Positions 8,410 through 16,275 of a stretch of 64,000 nucleotides of DNA are shown here, piece by piece; within the stretch, counting starts at the first letter, position 1; each line of letters starts with the position of its first letter. The DNA is from an uncultured Gammaproteobacteria bacterium (GTDB taxonomy: Bacteria; Pseudomonadota; Gammaproteobacteria; SZUA-229), in the NCBI GenBank assembly GCA_913065105.1, contig CAJXZZ010000001.1, positions 15,117 to 79,116 of the forward strand. The letters are read 5' to 3'. The notes beneath the pieces were generated by a model, which saw only the letters and a program-made list of their open reading frames with translations, had not been told where the DNA came from and searched no databases. A program made the translations under genes and the position numbers.

Positions 8410-8548
8410 GGTATTACTTAAATTTACAGATGAATTAAAAATGGTGCCCAGGGCCGGATTAAATTTGTCTGGAACAAATTTAGCATGAGTGTTTTCTACG
8501 AATGACCCGCAGGGTGAATTACAGGGATGTAATTCATAATCTAACCGG
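8410..8548 (-). repeat. Duplicated tRNA-Leu 3' end and trailer, with an ~80-bp element inserted in the T-loop
   Basis: 8410-8458 is a near-identical direct repeat of 8589-8637. CCGG...AATCTAACCGG is split by AAATTTGTCTGGAACAAATTT...GACCCGCAGGGTGAATTACAGGGATGTAATTCAT. Confidence 0.85.
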
Positions 8549-8620
8549 ATACCGGGTCGATTCTGCTCAGATATACCGTCAACTAACAGGTAATACTTAA
8601 ATTTACAGATAAATTAATAA

Positions 8621-8707
8621 TGGTGCCCAGGGCCGGAATCGAACCGGCACGCCCGTGAAGGCGAGGGATTTTAAGTCCCTTGCGTCTACCAATTTCGCCA
8701 CCTGGGC
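8621..8707 (-). tRNA. tRNA-Leu (anticodon TAA)
   Basis: GCCCAGGTGGCGAAATTGGTAGACGCAAGGGACTTAAAATCCCT...GGTTCGATTCCGGCCCTGGGCACCA; 87 nt, long variable arm, encoded CCA. Confidence 0.97.
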
Positions 8708-8880
8708 TAACAGAATGGTCTTTGCTACATCTAGCCGTATTTTATTGCTTAAGGTAAGTAGCGCTCTGCACTACTGTCTACCACAACGCCACCTGGGCAT
8801 ACTTCTAGATGGTCTTGCTTAGCTTTTTTAGTTGAAGCTCAACGTTCAGCGACAACACACCTGGGCTAACCGGTGGTAAT

Positions 8881-8954
8881 TGGAGGCGGGACCCGGAGTC
8901 GAACCGAGGTAGATTGATTTGCAATCAACTGCATGGCCACTTTGCTATCCCGCC
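8881..8954 (-). tRNA. tRNA-Cys (anticodon GCA)
   Basis: GGCGGGATAGCAAAGTGGCCATGCAGTTGATTGCAAATCAATCTACCTCGGTTCGACTCCGGGTCCCGCCTCCA; 74 nt, U73 discriminator. Confidence 0.96.
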
Positions 8955-9145
8955 GAATTTAAGCTACTTAGCTCGCCTGCTCTCTATTAAATGTTATGTT
9001 CAGAACGGTCCATTTACAATGTGTAAACGCCGCTTTCATCAAGATCATTTGTTCTGATCAGGCTTCGCACGTGACGCTAAGATATATTATAACAGCCTGC
9101 ATCACACATACATTTTCATTTTATACAGCAAATACGTCTGTAAAA

Positions 9146-9190
9146 ATGAAAAAACCCTGCATCTTGTTTAATTAACGCAGGGTTTTTCAT
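9146..9190 (-). terminator. Putative intrinsic terminator directly after tRNA-Gly
   Basis: Minus strand ATGAAAAACCCTGC-N-GCAGGGTTTTTTCAT stem followed by T tracts. Confidence 0.6.
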
Positions 9191-9194
9191 AATT

Positions 9195-9270
9195 TGGAGC
9201 GGGAAACGAGATTCGAACTCGCGACCTCAACCTTGGCAAGGTTGCGCTCTACCAACTGAGCTATTCCCGC
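9195..9270 (-). tRNA. tRNA-Gly (anticodon GCC)
   Basis: GCGGGAATAGCTCAGTTGGTAGAGCGCAACCTTGCCAAGGTTGAGGTCGCGAGTTCGAATCTCGTTTCCCGCTCCA; 76 nt; conserved pgsA-Gly-Cys-Leu synteny. Confidence 0.98.
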
Positions 9271-9292
9271 ATTGCTTTGAAAGCAGGCCGCT

Positions 9293-9320
9293 ATTCTAGC
9301 GATGACGGCGATACTGTCAA
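9293..9320 (-). promoter_or_regulatory. Sigma70 stable-RNA promoter of the tRNA cluster
   Basis: TTGACA-16 bp-TAGAAT followed by the GC-rich discriminator AGCGGCC. Confidence 0.8.
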
Positions 9321-9361
9321 GGTAAAATTGACCGATAACGCTTATTAATCCTGTTTTATGA

Positions 9362-9919
9362 TCAATTACTTGTTGTTAATGTGGACCACGCTGACTTTAT
9401 ATAAATTATCATCGAGACCATGGTAAGAAATGCTGCCCACACTAGTAAACCAACGCCGATAGTATATATCGGTATAGTGAAGATATCCTGATCATAAATT
9501 AAGAACAGTAAGGCGACCATTTGAGCGACTGTTTTTGCTTTGCCAGATAATGATACCGCAACATCTTTGCTTTTACCCAGGGCCGACATCCATTCACGCA
9601 GTGATGAGATAAATATTTCTCGTGAAACGATGATTAATGTCGAAAATAATAACCAGTTGTTTTCTGGATGCCTGGTCAATATTAGTAATAGTGCTGATAT
9701 CACCATGAGTTTATCGGCTAACGGGTCGATGAAAGCCCCTAATGATGTTTGCTGGTTTAATTTGCGAGCCAGGTAACCGTCAACCCAGTCGGTAATGGCT
9801 GCAAAACCGAAGATGAAGGTGGCTAATGCCGGTGCCCATGAATATGGCAGATAGAAAACGGCTATAAATACGGGGATTAAAACGATACGGGTTGTTGTTA
9901 CTGTGTTTGGTATATTCAT
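9362..9919 (-). CDS. pgsA: CDP-diacylglycerol--glycerol-3-phosphate 3-phosphatidyltransferase
   Basis: NIPN..T..RI, DWVDGYLAR, GAFIDPLADK, REI.IS.LRE, GKAKT..QM; synteny with uvrC. Confidence 0.96.
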   Translation of the reverse strand: MNIPNTVTTTRIVLIPVFIAVFYLPYSWAPALATFIFGFAAITDWVDGYLARKLNQQTSLGAFIDPLADKLMVISALLLILTRHPENNWLLFSTLIIVSREIFISSLREWMSALGKSKDVAVSLSGKAKTVAQMVALLFLIYDQDIFTIPIYTIGVGLLVWAAFLTMVSMIIYIKSAWSTLTTSN

Positions 9920-9985
9920 CGTGGTCTGTCATTGTAATCGACTAAGCGATGACAATTCATTTAATTGTTCGGTAATTACCTATAT

Positions 9986-11860
9986 CTAATCGGATGCATG
10001 AAACTGGTCATAAATATCTTGCGCCAGCTTTTTACTGATACCGGTTATTTTAGCAATATCTTCGACGCCTGCCTGTGTTATTCCCTGTATTCCACCAAAA
10101 TGTTTCAATAAAGTTTGTCGTCGCTTTGGTCCCAGGCCAGCAATGCCCTCTAAAGGTGATGTGCGACGTTTTTTTGCACGCTGAGCACGATGGCCGCTGA
10201 TGGCAAAACGATGGGCTTCATCGCGTACCTGCAGTATCAGATTGAGCGCAGCGGATTCTATAGTGAGATACAGGTCAGGACGGCCATCGCTAAATATCAG
10301 TTTTTCAAGACCGGCCTTACGGCCTTCCCCTTTGGCGACACCGACCAACAATACGGAGTCGATGGCCAGTTCTTCGAATACTTCTATCGCCTGTCTAAGC
10401 TGTCCTTTACCGCCATCGATAAACAATATATCGGGGAGTTTCTGTTCCAGTTTCTGGTTATTTTTAGTTTTAACGGATTTAAAACGTCTCTGCAGTGCCT
10501 GCTTCATGGCGGCATAATCATCGCCACCGGTAATACCTGTGATGTTGTAACGACGATAATCAGTTTTAAATGCACCTTCAGGGGTGAAAACTACGCAGGA
10601 CGCTACCGTTGCTTCCCCCATGGTATGGCTGATATCAAAACATTCCAGGCGTACAGGAATTTCATCCAGTTGCAGCACTTCTTGCAGTGCTTCAAAACGT
10701 GTTAATAACCCTGATCGAGATATAAGTTTTGTTTTCAAAGAATTATCGGCATTATTTAATGCCATTTCTATCCACTTTGCACGCTCTCCCCTGACCTTAT
10801 TGGTGACTCTTACCTTGTGCTTAGATTGATCACTTAATACTTCTGCAATCAGCGCGTGGTCGTCGAGTGCGTGTGAAACAATAATTTCTCCCGGGACATC
10901 GCGTTTTAGATAAAACTGCGGGATAAAAGCGGTGAGAATCTGTTCTGCGCTTAATTCATCAGGCAAGCTAGGGAAGAAACTGCGGTTGCCAAGATTTAGC
11001 CCATTACGTATATAGAAGACCTGCACACAGGCCTGGCCTGCCTCAGCACTACAGGCGATAACATCGATATCCCCTTTATCGGCACTGATATGCTGCTGTT
11101 CGGTTATTTTTCGCAGATTGCTGATCTGGTCACGATAGACTACGGCTTTTTCAAAATGCTGTTTTTCTGCTGCTGTTTCCATATCTTTTACTAGCTCATT
11201 GGTCACCTGCTCACTTTTACCCTGTAAGAATAAAATCGCATGATTGATATCCTTGCGATAGGCTTTTTCAGTAATGAAATTGACGCAGGGTGCAGTGCAG
11301 CGTTTGATCTGATACTGCAGACAGGGGCGCGACCGGTTCTGAAATGTACTGTCTTCACATTGGCGGATCAAAAACATTTTTTGCAGTAGATTGATACTTT
11401 CACGAACGGCATGGGCATTGGGATAAGGGCCAAGGTACATGCCCTTTTTTTTCCGTGCGCCGCGATGCAGTGCGATGCGTGGGTAGGCAGCCTTGTCAGA
11501 TACAAAGATATAGGGATAACTTTTATCGTCACGCATCAATACGTTATAGCGCGGCCTTAATTCTTTTATTAAATTACTTTCGAGTAATAAAGCTTCACCT
11601 TCGGTATGGGTGATGGCGATATTTATAGCGGCAATTTTAGATACCATCACCTGTGTTTTTGGTGACAGCCCGGTTTGACGGAAATAACTGCTGAGGCGAT
11701 TTTTCAGGTTTTTGGCTTTGCCGACATAGATGACCTGCTCTTTGTCATCGAGCATGCGGTAAACACCCGGTTTGCTGGTTACGTTTTTAAGAAAGGCGTT
11801 AGAGTCAAAATTTGACGGTGATTCTGTTGACGATTTGTCTAGTTCTTCTGCTGCAGCCAT
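9986..11860 (-). CDS. uvrC: Excinuclease ABC subunit C
   Basis: GIY-YIG (PGVYRM, YVGKAKNL), DDKSYPY, ECFDISH, DGGKGQ, RDEAHRFA, C-terminal HhH. Confidence 0.97.
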   Translation of the reverse strand: MAAAEELDKSSTESPSNFDSNAFLKNVTSKPGVYRMLDDKEQVIYVGKAKNLKNRLSSYFRQTGLSPKTQVMVSKIAAINIAITHTEGEALLLESNLIKELRPRYNVLMRDDKSYPYIFVSDKAAYPRIALHRGARKKKGMYLGPYPNAHAVRESINLLQKMFLIRQCEDSTFQNRSRPCLQYQIKRCTAPCVNFITEKAYRKDINHAILFLQGKSEQVTNELVKDMETAAEKQHFEKAVVYRDQISNLRKITEQQHISADKGDIDVIACSAEAGQACVQVFYIRNGLNLGNRSFFPSLPDELSAEQILTAFIPQFYLKRDVPGEIIVSHALDDHALIAEVLSDQSKHKVRVTNKVRGERAKWIEMALNNADNSLKTKLISRSGLLTRFEALQEVLQLDEIPVRLECFDISHTMGEATVASCVVFTPEGAFKTDYRRYNITGITGGDDYAAMKQALQRRFKSVKTKNNQKLEQKLPDILFIDGGKGQLRQAIEVFEELAIDSVLLVGVAKGEGRKAGLEKLIFSDGRPDLYLTIESAALNLILQVRDEAHRFAISGHRAQRAKKRRTSPLEGIAGLGPKRRQTLLKHFGGIQGITQAGVEDIAKITGISKKLAQDIYDQFHASD

Positions 11861-11887
11861 AACGCTTAGTTTAACGTAAGGATAAAA

Positions 11888-12508
11888 CTATAGTAATTGT
11901 TGCGCTCGTTTAAATACATCTTCGAACATTGCCTGGGTTAAACGTTTAGTTTGTGTGTTATAGCGTGAACAATGATAGCTATCGATCAGGTTACCGTTTG
12001 TGAGTGTATGTTCAGCACAGTGTGAAAACTTGTAATCACTCTGTTTTAGATCCAGCGCTTTTATGACCGCTTTATGTGCAATAGCACCTAATGCCACTAT
12101 GACGAAGTTTTTCGGTAATAATTTTAATTCCTGCTGTAACCATAAATTGCAGGTATTAATTTCTGCGCCGATGGGTTTGTTCTGTGGCGGCAGGCATTTG
12201 ACGGCGTTGGTGATACGGCAATTGATTAAGCGTAAGTCATCATCTTTCTGCGAGTCTTTTTTTGATGAGAAGCCGTATTTATAGAGTGTTTCATACAGTA
12301 TTATGCCGGCATGATCACCGGTAAAGGGTCGTCCGGTGGCGTTGGCACCATGTAAACCCGGCGCCAGACCAACGATGCACAGTTGCGCATGGCTATCACC
12401 AAATGCGGGTACCGGTTTCGAAAAATAGTCGGGATGTGCCAGTTTTACCTGTTTGAGAAATTTCGCTAATCGTGGGCAGCGTTTACAGTTCGTCGAAAAC
12501 GAAGGCAT
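11888..12508 (-). CDS. Uracil-DNA glycosylase, family 5 (UdgB-like, Fe-S)
   Basis: CxxCPRL, GLAPGLHGANATGRPFTGD, NAVKCLPPQNKP, SYHCSRYNTQT. Confidence 0.9.
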   Translation of the reverse strand: MPSFSTNCKRCPRLAKFLKQVKLAHPDYFSKPVPAFGDSHAQLCIVGLAPGLHGANATGRPFTGDHAGIILYETLYKYGFSSKKDSQKDDDLRLINCRITNAVKCLPPQNKPIGAEINTCNLWLQQELKLLPKNFVIVALGAIAHKAVIKALDLKQSDYKFSHCAEHTLTNGNLIDSYHCSRYNTQTKRLTQAMFEDVFKRAQQLL

Positions 12509-12539
12509 GTCAGGGTGCTTTATGGTGGATTATGGTGGT

Positions 12540-13220
12540 TTATTTGTTGGGTCGTTTATTTTCGTCTAACACGCCGTATTTCATCGCCAGATGCAGCATT
12601 TCGATATCAGAGTCAACATCGAGTTTTTCATGTAGACGTTTACGGTAAGTACTAATTGTCTTTGGACTTAGATTGAGTATCTCAGAAATTTTTTGTGTTC
12701 GTGTGCCCTGAGCAATCATCATCAATACCTGTGTTTCTCGCATTGACAGGCCGTCTAAAGGATTAGTTTCACCTGGCAGAACAGACAGCGCCAGTTGTTG
12801 TGCAATGTCTTTCGCAATGTAGTGTTTGCCATTATGAACATCCTTGATTGCGGTAATCATTTCTTCAACACCATTACCCTTGGTGAGATAGCCTCTGGCG
12901 CCGCCATTGAGCAGTTGTTTAGGTAGTGGGCCATCGTCATGTACGGTGATTATAATAATGCCGATATCTGGCCAGGCTTTGCTGATGCGGTGTGTGGCCT
13001 CTATACCGCCGATGCCCGGCATGTTTACATCCATTAAGATGATATCGACACTGCCTTTATTATCACGACACCAGTTAATAGCCTCTTCACCGCTACTGAG
13101 TGTTTCGACGACTTCTATACAGTCCTGTGTACCAAGCAGGCTTTTAAATCCGAAACGCACGAGCTCATGATCGTCAACGATCAAAACGCGTGTTTTAGAA
13201 TTATTATTACTTTCAGTCAT
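12540..13220 (-). CDS. uvrY: UvrY/GacA/LetA-family response regulator
   Basis: VDDHELVR, LMDVNMPGIGGIEAT, GYLTKG, IAQQLAL and a LuxR HTH (LSPKTISTYR); upstream of uvrC. Confidence 0.88.
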   Translation of the reverse strand: MTESNNNSKTRVLIVDDHELVRFGFKSLLGTQDCIEVVETLSSGEEAINWCRDNKGSVDIILMDVNMPGIGGIEATHRISKAWPDIGIIIITVHDDGPLPKQLLNGGARGYLTKGNGVEEMITAIKDVHNGKHYIAKDIAQQLALSVLPGETNPLDGLSMRETQVLMMIAQGTRTQKISEILNLSPKTISTYRKRLHEKLDVDSDIEMLHLAMKYGVLDENKRPNK

Positions 13221-13268
13221 TTAGGCACTTTTAAAATTATTTTATTACAGTTTTATTGTAGCAAATAT

Positions 13269-13754
13269 TTACCTAGACCACTGTTTATATGAATTTTTTA
13301 TCAAATAATTGTTGTAATAGCGCTCGTCATGACTAACTTCAGGGCCCAACCAGTCAGGCCGTTCAAAATGTTCATCCAGGCTACCTAGTTCTATCTCAGC
13401 CATCTGCAGGCCTTTGTTTTCACCGGCAAATACATCAATTTCCCATAAGTGAGATTCATAGGGTACATAGAAACGTGTTTTTTCTATGGCCACACCACTG
13501 CACAAGGTTAATAACATCTGCTCAGCATCGTGTAGCGGTATGTCGTATTCAAACTCCTGACGGACTGCGGAGAGTTCGGCACTTTTAACATTGATATTCG
13601 CCAGTTTGTTACTGATTCTTATGCGTACAGATGATTTTTGTGACGTATCAAGGCCGCTTTGCAGGTAACTCTGTTTGATGACATGTGTTTCTGTCACATG
13701 CGCTTTCCAATCATCATTTTTTAATAAAAACTTACGTTCTATCTCAACACCCAT
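13269..13754 (-). CDS. CYTH-domain protein
   Basis: EIERKFL, VRIRI, RQEFEYDIP, IEKTR, WEIDVF.GEN.GL, AEIEL. Confidence 0.92.
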   Translation of the reverse strand: MGVEIERKFLLKNDDWKAHVTETHVIKQSYLQSGLDTSQKSSVRIRISNKLANINVKSAELSAVRQEFEYDIPLHDAEQMLLTLCSGVAIEKTRFYVPYESHLWEIDVFAGENKGLQMAEIELGSLDEHFERPDWLGPEVSHDERYYNNYLIKNSYKQWSR

Positions 13755-13875
13755 TATTGCCGCCTGTTTTCAATACTTATTTATGAACAAATTTAAGTAT
13801 TAATGTTTGATTTCTATAACTGATTTTTAGCGGTGAATATTAATACTTAAACGGGTTTCATGATACATTGGAAAC

Positions 13876-15009
13876 ATGAAATCACATTTCCAGCTTGAGA
13901 AGAATATTGTTCACCTCAATCACGCTGCCGTGGCGCCATGGCCAGCGGTGACACGTGATGCGGTGATTGCATTTGCAAAAGAAAATGCCGCGATCGGTTC
14001 GCAGAATTATGATTTATGGATGAAAACAGAGCAACAGTTAAAACAGAAACTGGCACAATTGATCAATGCGCGATCCAGCGATGAAATAGCGATATTAAAA
14101 AACACCTCTGAAGGTTTGTCGCTGATCGCACAAGGTTTACGTTTTAACTCGGGTGATAATATTGTTATTCCTGCCGAAGAATTTCCTTCCAATAAAGTTG
14201 TCTGGCAGGCGCTGCAGGTTCAGGGAGTAGATCTACGACTTATCCCTGTACAGGATGTCGATGATCCTGAGCAAGCATTGATTAATGCCATGGATGAAAA
14301 CACGCGTTTATTAAGCTGCAGTTCGGTGCAATTTGCGCGTGGTCTACGACTGGATTTAGATCTTATTGGCCAGGCTTGCAGGCAAAATGAAACCTTGTTC
14401 TGCGTCGATGCTATTCAGTCGCTGGGGGCCATCGGCTTTGATGCACAGGCCTGTCATGCAGACTTTGTCGTTGCTGATGGCCATAAATGGATGTGCGGGC
14501 CGGAAGGTACGGCATTATTTTATTGCCGTAAGGAAGTTCAGGATTTATTACAACTGCGTCAGCATGGCTGGCATATGCTTAAAGATGCGTTTGATTTTTC
14601 TCATCAACATACAGCATTACAGATTGCAGACAACGCACAACGCTTTGAGAGTGGCAGTCCAAATATGATGGGCATCGCTGCACTAAATGCCTCGCTTGGA
14701 TTGCTGCTTGATATCGGTATAGAAAAGATACAGAAAAAAGTTATTGAGAAGGCCGATTATCTGATTGACCAGTTAACTTCAGATTCTGATATAACGATAT
14801 TAAGCTCTACACAACGAGGCAGATATGCCGGCATCATTACCTTTCAGAAAAACCACGTGGACAATACAAAACTCTATCAGCATCTACAGGACAACGATGT
14901 CATCTGTGCTTTTAGAGGTGACGGCATCCGTTTTTCTCCACACTTTTATACTGAGTTACCCCTTATGCAGAGAGCGATAACAATAGTGCATGATTTTGCA
15001 GATAGTTAA
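13876..15009 (+). CDS. Class V PLP-dependent aminotransferase (cysteine desulfurase-like fold)
   Basis: LNHAAVAP, KNTSEGL, EFPSN, VDAIQSLG, ADGHKWM.GPEG, RFESGS, IRFSPHFY. Confidence 0.88.
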   Translation: MKSHFQLEKNIVHLNHAAVAPWPAVTRDAVIAFAKENAAIGSQNYDLWMKTEQQLKQKLAQLINARSSDEIAILKNTSEGLSLIAQGLRFNSGDNIVIPAEEFPSNKVVWQALQVQGVDLRLIPVQDVDDPEQALINAMDENTRLLSCSSVQFARGLRLDLDLIGQACRQNETLFCVDAIQSLGAIGFDAQACHADFVVADGHKWMCGPEGTALFYCRKEVQDLLQLRQHGWHMLKDAFDFSHQHTALQIADNAQRFESGSPNMMGIAALNASLGLLLDIGIEKIQKKVIEKADYLIDQLTSDSDITILSSTQRGRYAGIITFQKNHVDNTKLYQHLQDNDVICAFRGDGIRFSPHFYTELPLMQRAITIVHDFADS

Positions 15010-15193
15010 AACTATTTGAACTGAAAACACGATATTCTGTCTCAAATAACTGCTGTGATGGTGAATTTGGGCTAGGCTATAGATAGATAAAAAGGAAAGA
15101 ATCTAGTGCAAATATATATATTTTTGTCAGCAGTATTTATTCGTTATTCAAATAATTTATCAACTATAACGATAACCCATTTACGGAGTTTTT

Positions 15194-16156
15194 ATGTTCC
15201 GTCTTGCTAGATTTAAAAATTATCTGTGGGACAAGTTTATACATTGGCTTAACTATGAGTCACCTGATAACAAAACGCCACTAACCAGTTTTGAGCGTTT
15301 ACGTTATGAACTGCGCCCGGGTGATGTTCTGTTAGTCGAAGGCCGCTCAAATGTCGCTGAAATTATCAAATCGATTACGCAGAGTATATGGACGCATTCT
15401 TTTTTTTATATCGGTCGATTACATGATATTGATGACCCGATGTTACGCGACCACATCCAGAAATACCGCCATTGCAGTCCAGATGAACAGCTGGTCGTCG
15501 AAGCCATCCTGGGTCAAGGTATCGTAGTAAATTCTATCGAAAATTATGAAGGCGAACATCTACGTATCTGTCGCCCCCGTGGTATTACACGTACCGATTC
15601 ACAGACCGCCATTGAGTATTCGATAAACGAACTCGGCAAAGATTATAACGTCCGTCAGATTATGGATCTGGCACGTTTTATGTTTCCTTACTGGTTTCTA
15701 CCTAAACGCTGGCGCTCTACGCTGTTTGAGCATAATGCCGGTAGACCGACTAGAACAGTATGCTCTACCATGATTGCAGAAGCTTTCGCCAAAATTCGTT
15801 TTCCGATTATCCCCGTCATCCATCAGGATAAGGACGGTCAGTTAAAACTGATACGCAGTAATACTAAATTAATTACGCCGCGTGACTTTGACCATTCCCC
15901 CTATTTTGATGTTATCAAATACCCTATTCTTGATTTTGATGAACTCGGTATCTATCGCAGGTTACCCTGGGATCAGACAGGGGTTCACTGCAATGATATC
16001 GGTGACTGTTTTATTTCTGACCCTGAGGATGTTAGTGGACTAACACCGATAAAATCAGCCGACACCATTAACACACGTCAAGATTTTACAGATGGTATGA
16101 ATGATGATGAGGCGGCGGGTGACAACGCGTCTGAAAAAACAGTAGGTAATCATTAA
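15194..16156 (+). CDS. Permuted papain-like NlpC/P60 (YiiX/YebB-like) cysteine hydrolase
   Basis: LRPGDVLLVEG, TQSIWTHS, G..Y, VCSTMIAEAF, TPRDFD (His-before-Cys order). Confidence 0.8.
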   Translation: MFRLARFKNYLWDKFIHWLNYESPDNKTPLTSFERLRYELRPGDVLLVEGRSNVAEIIKSITQSIWTHSFFYIGRLHDIDDPMLRDHIQKYRHCSPDEQLVVEAILGQGIVVNSIENYEGEHLRICRPRGITRTDSQTAIEYSINELGKDYNVRQIMDLARFMFPYWFLPKRWRSTLFEHNAGRPTRTVCSTMIAEAFAKIRFPIIPVIHQDKDGQLKLIRSNTKLITPRDFDHSPYFDVIKYPILDFDELGIYRRLPWDQTGVHCNDIGDCFISDPEDVSGLTPIKSADTINTRQDFTDGMNDDEAAGDNASEKTVGNH

Positions 16157-16275
16157 GTTGTCTTTAATGATAGGGTTAGATGTGACGAATCATTACAATA
16201 AACGGTTTTAATGAACGAGTTCCATGCTTAAGCATCTACATGGTAAATAATTTTATAACTTAACAGGTAAAGCAA

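Noticed and set aside
8410-8640. tRNA-Leu 3' duplication as attL/attR of a prophage or genomic island
   Set aside because: The repeats are only 179 bp apart, include the trailer, and enclose no integrase or cargo; better explained as a tRNA-linked repeat.
9918-9933. ATCGTGGTCTGTC(ATT) at the pgsA start, matching the core of the 220-250 palindrome (and TGGTCTGTCATT near 569-580)
   Set aside because: Only 12-13 nt, without the flanking inverted repeat; not enough to call a repeat copy.
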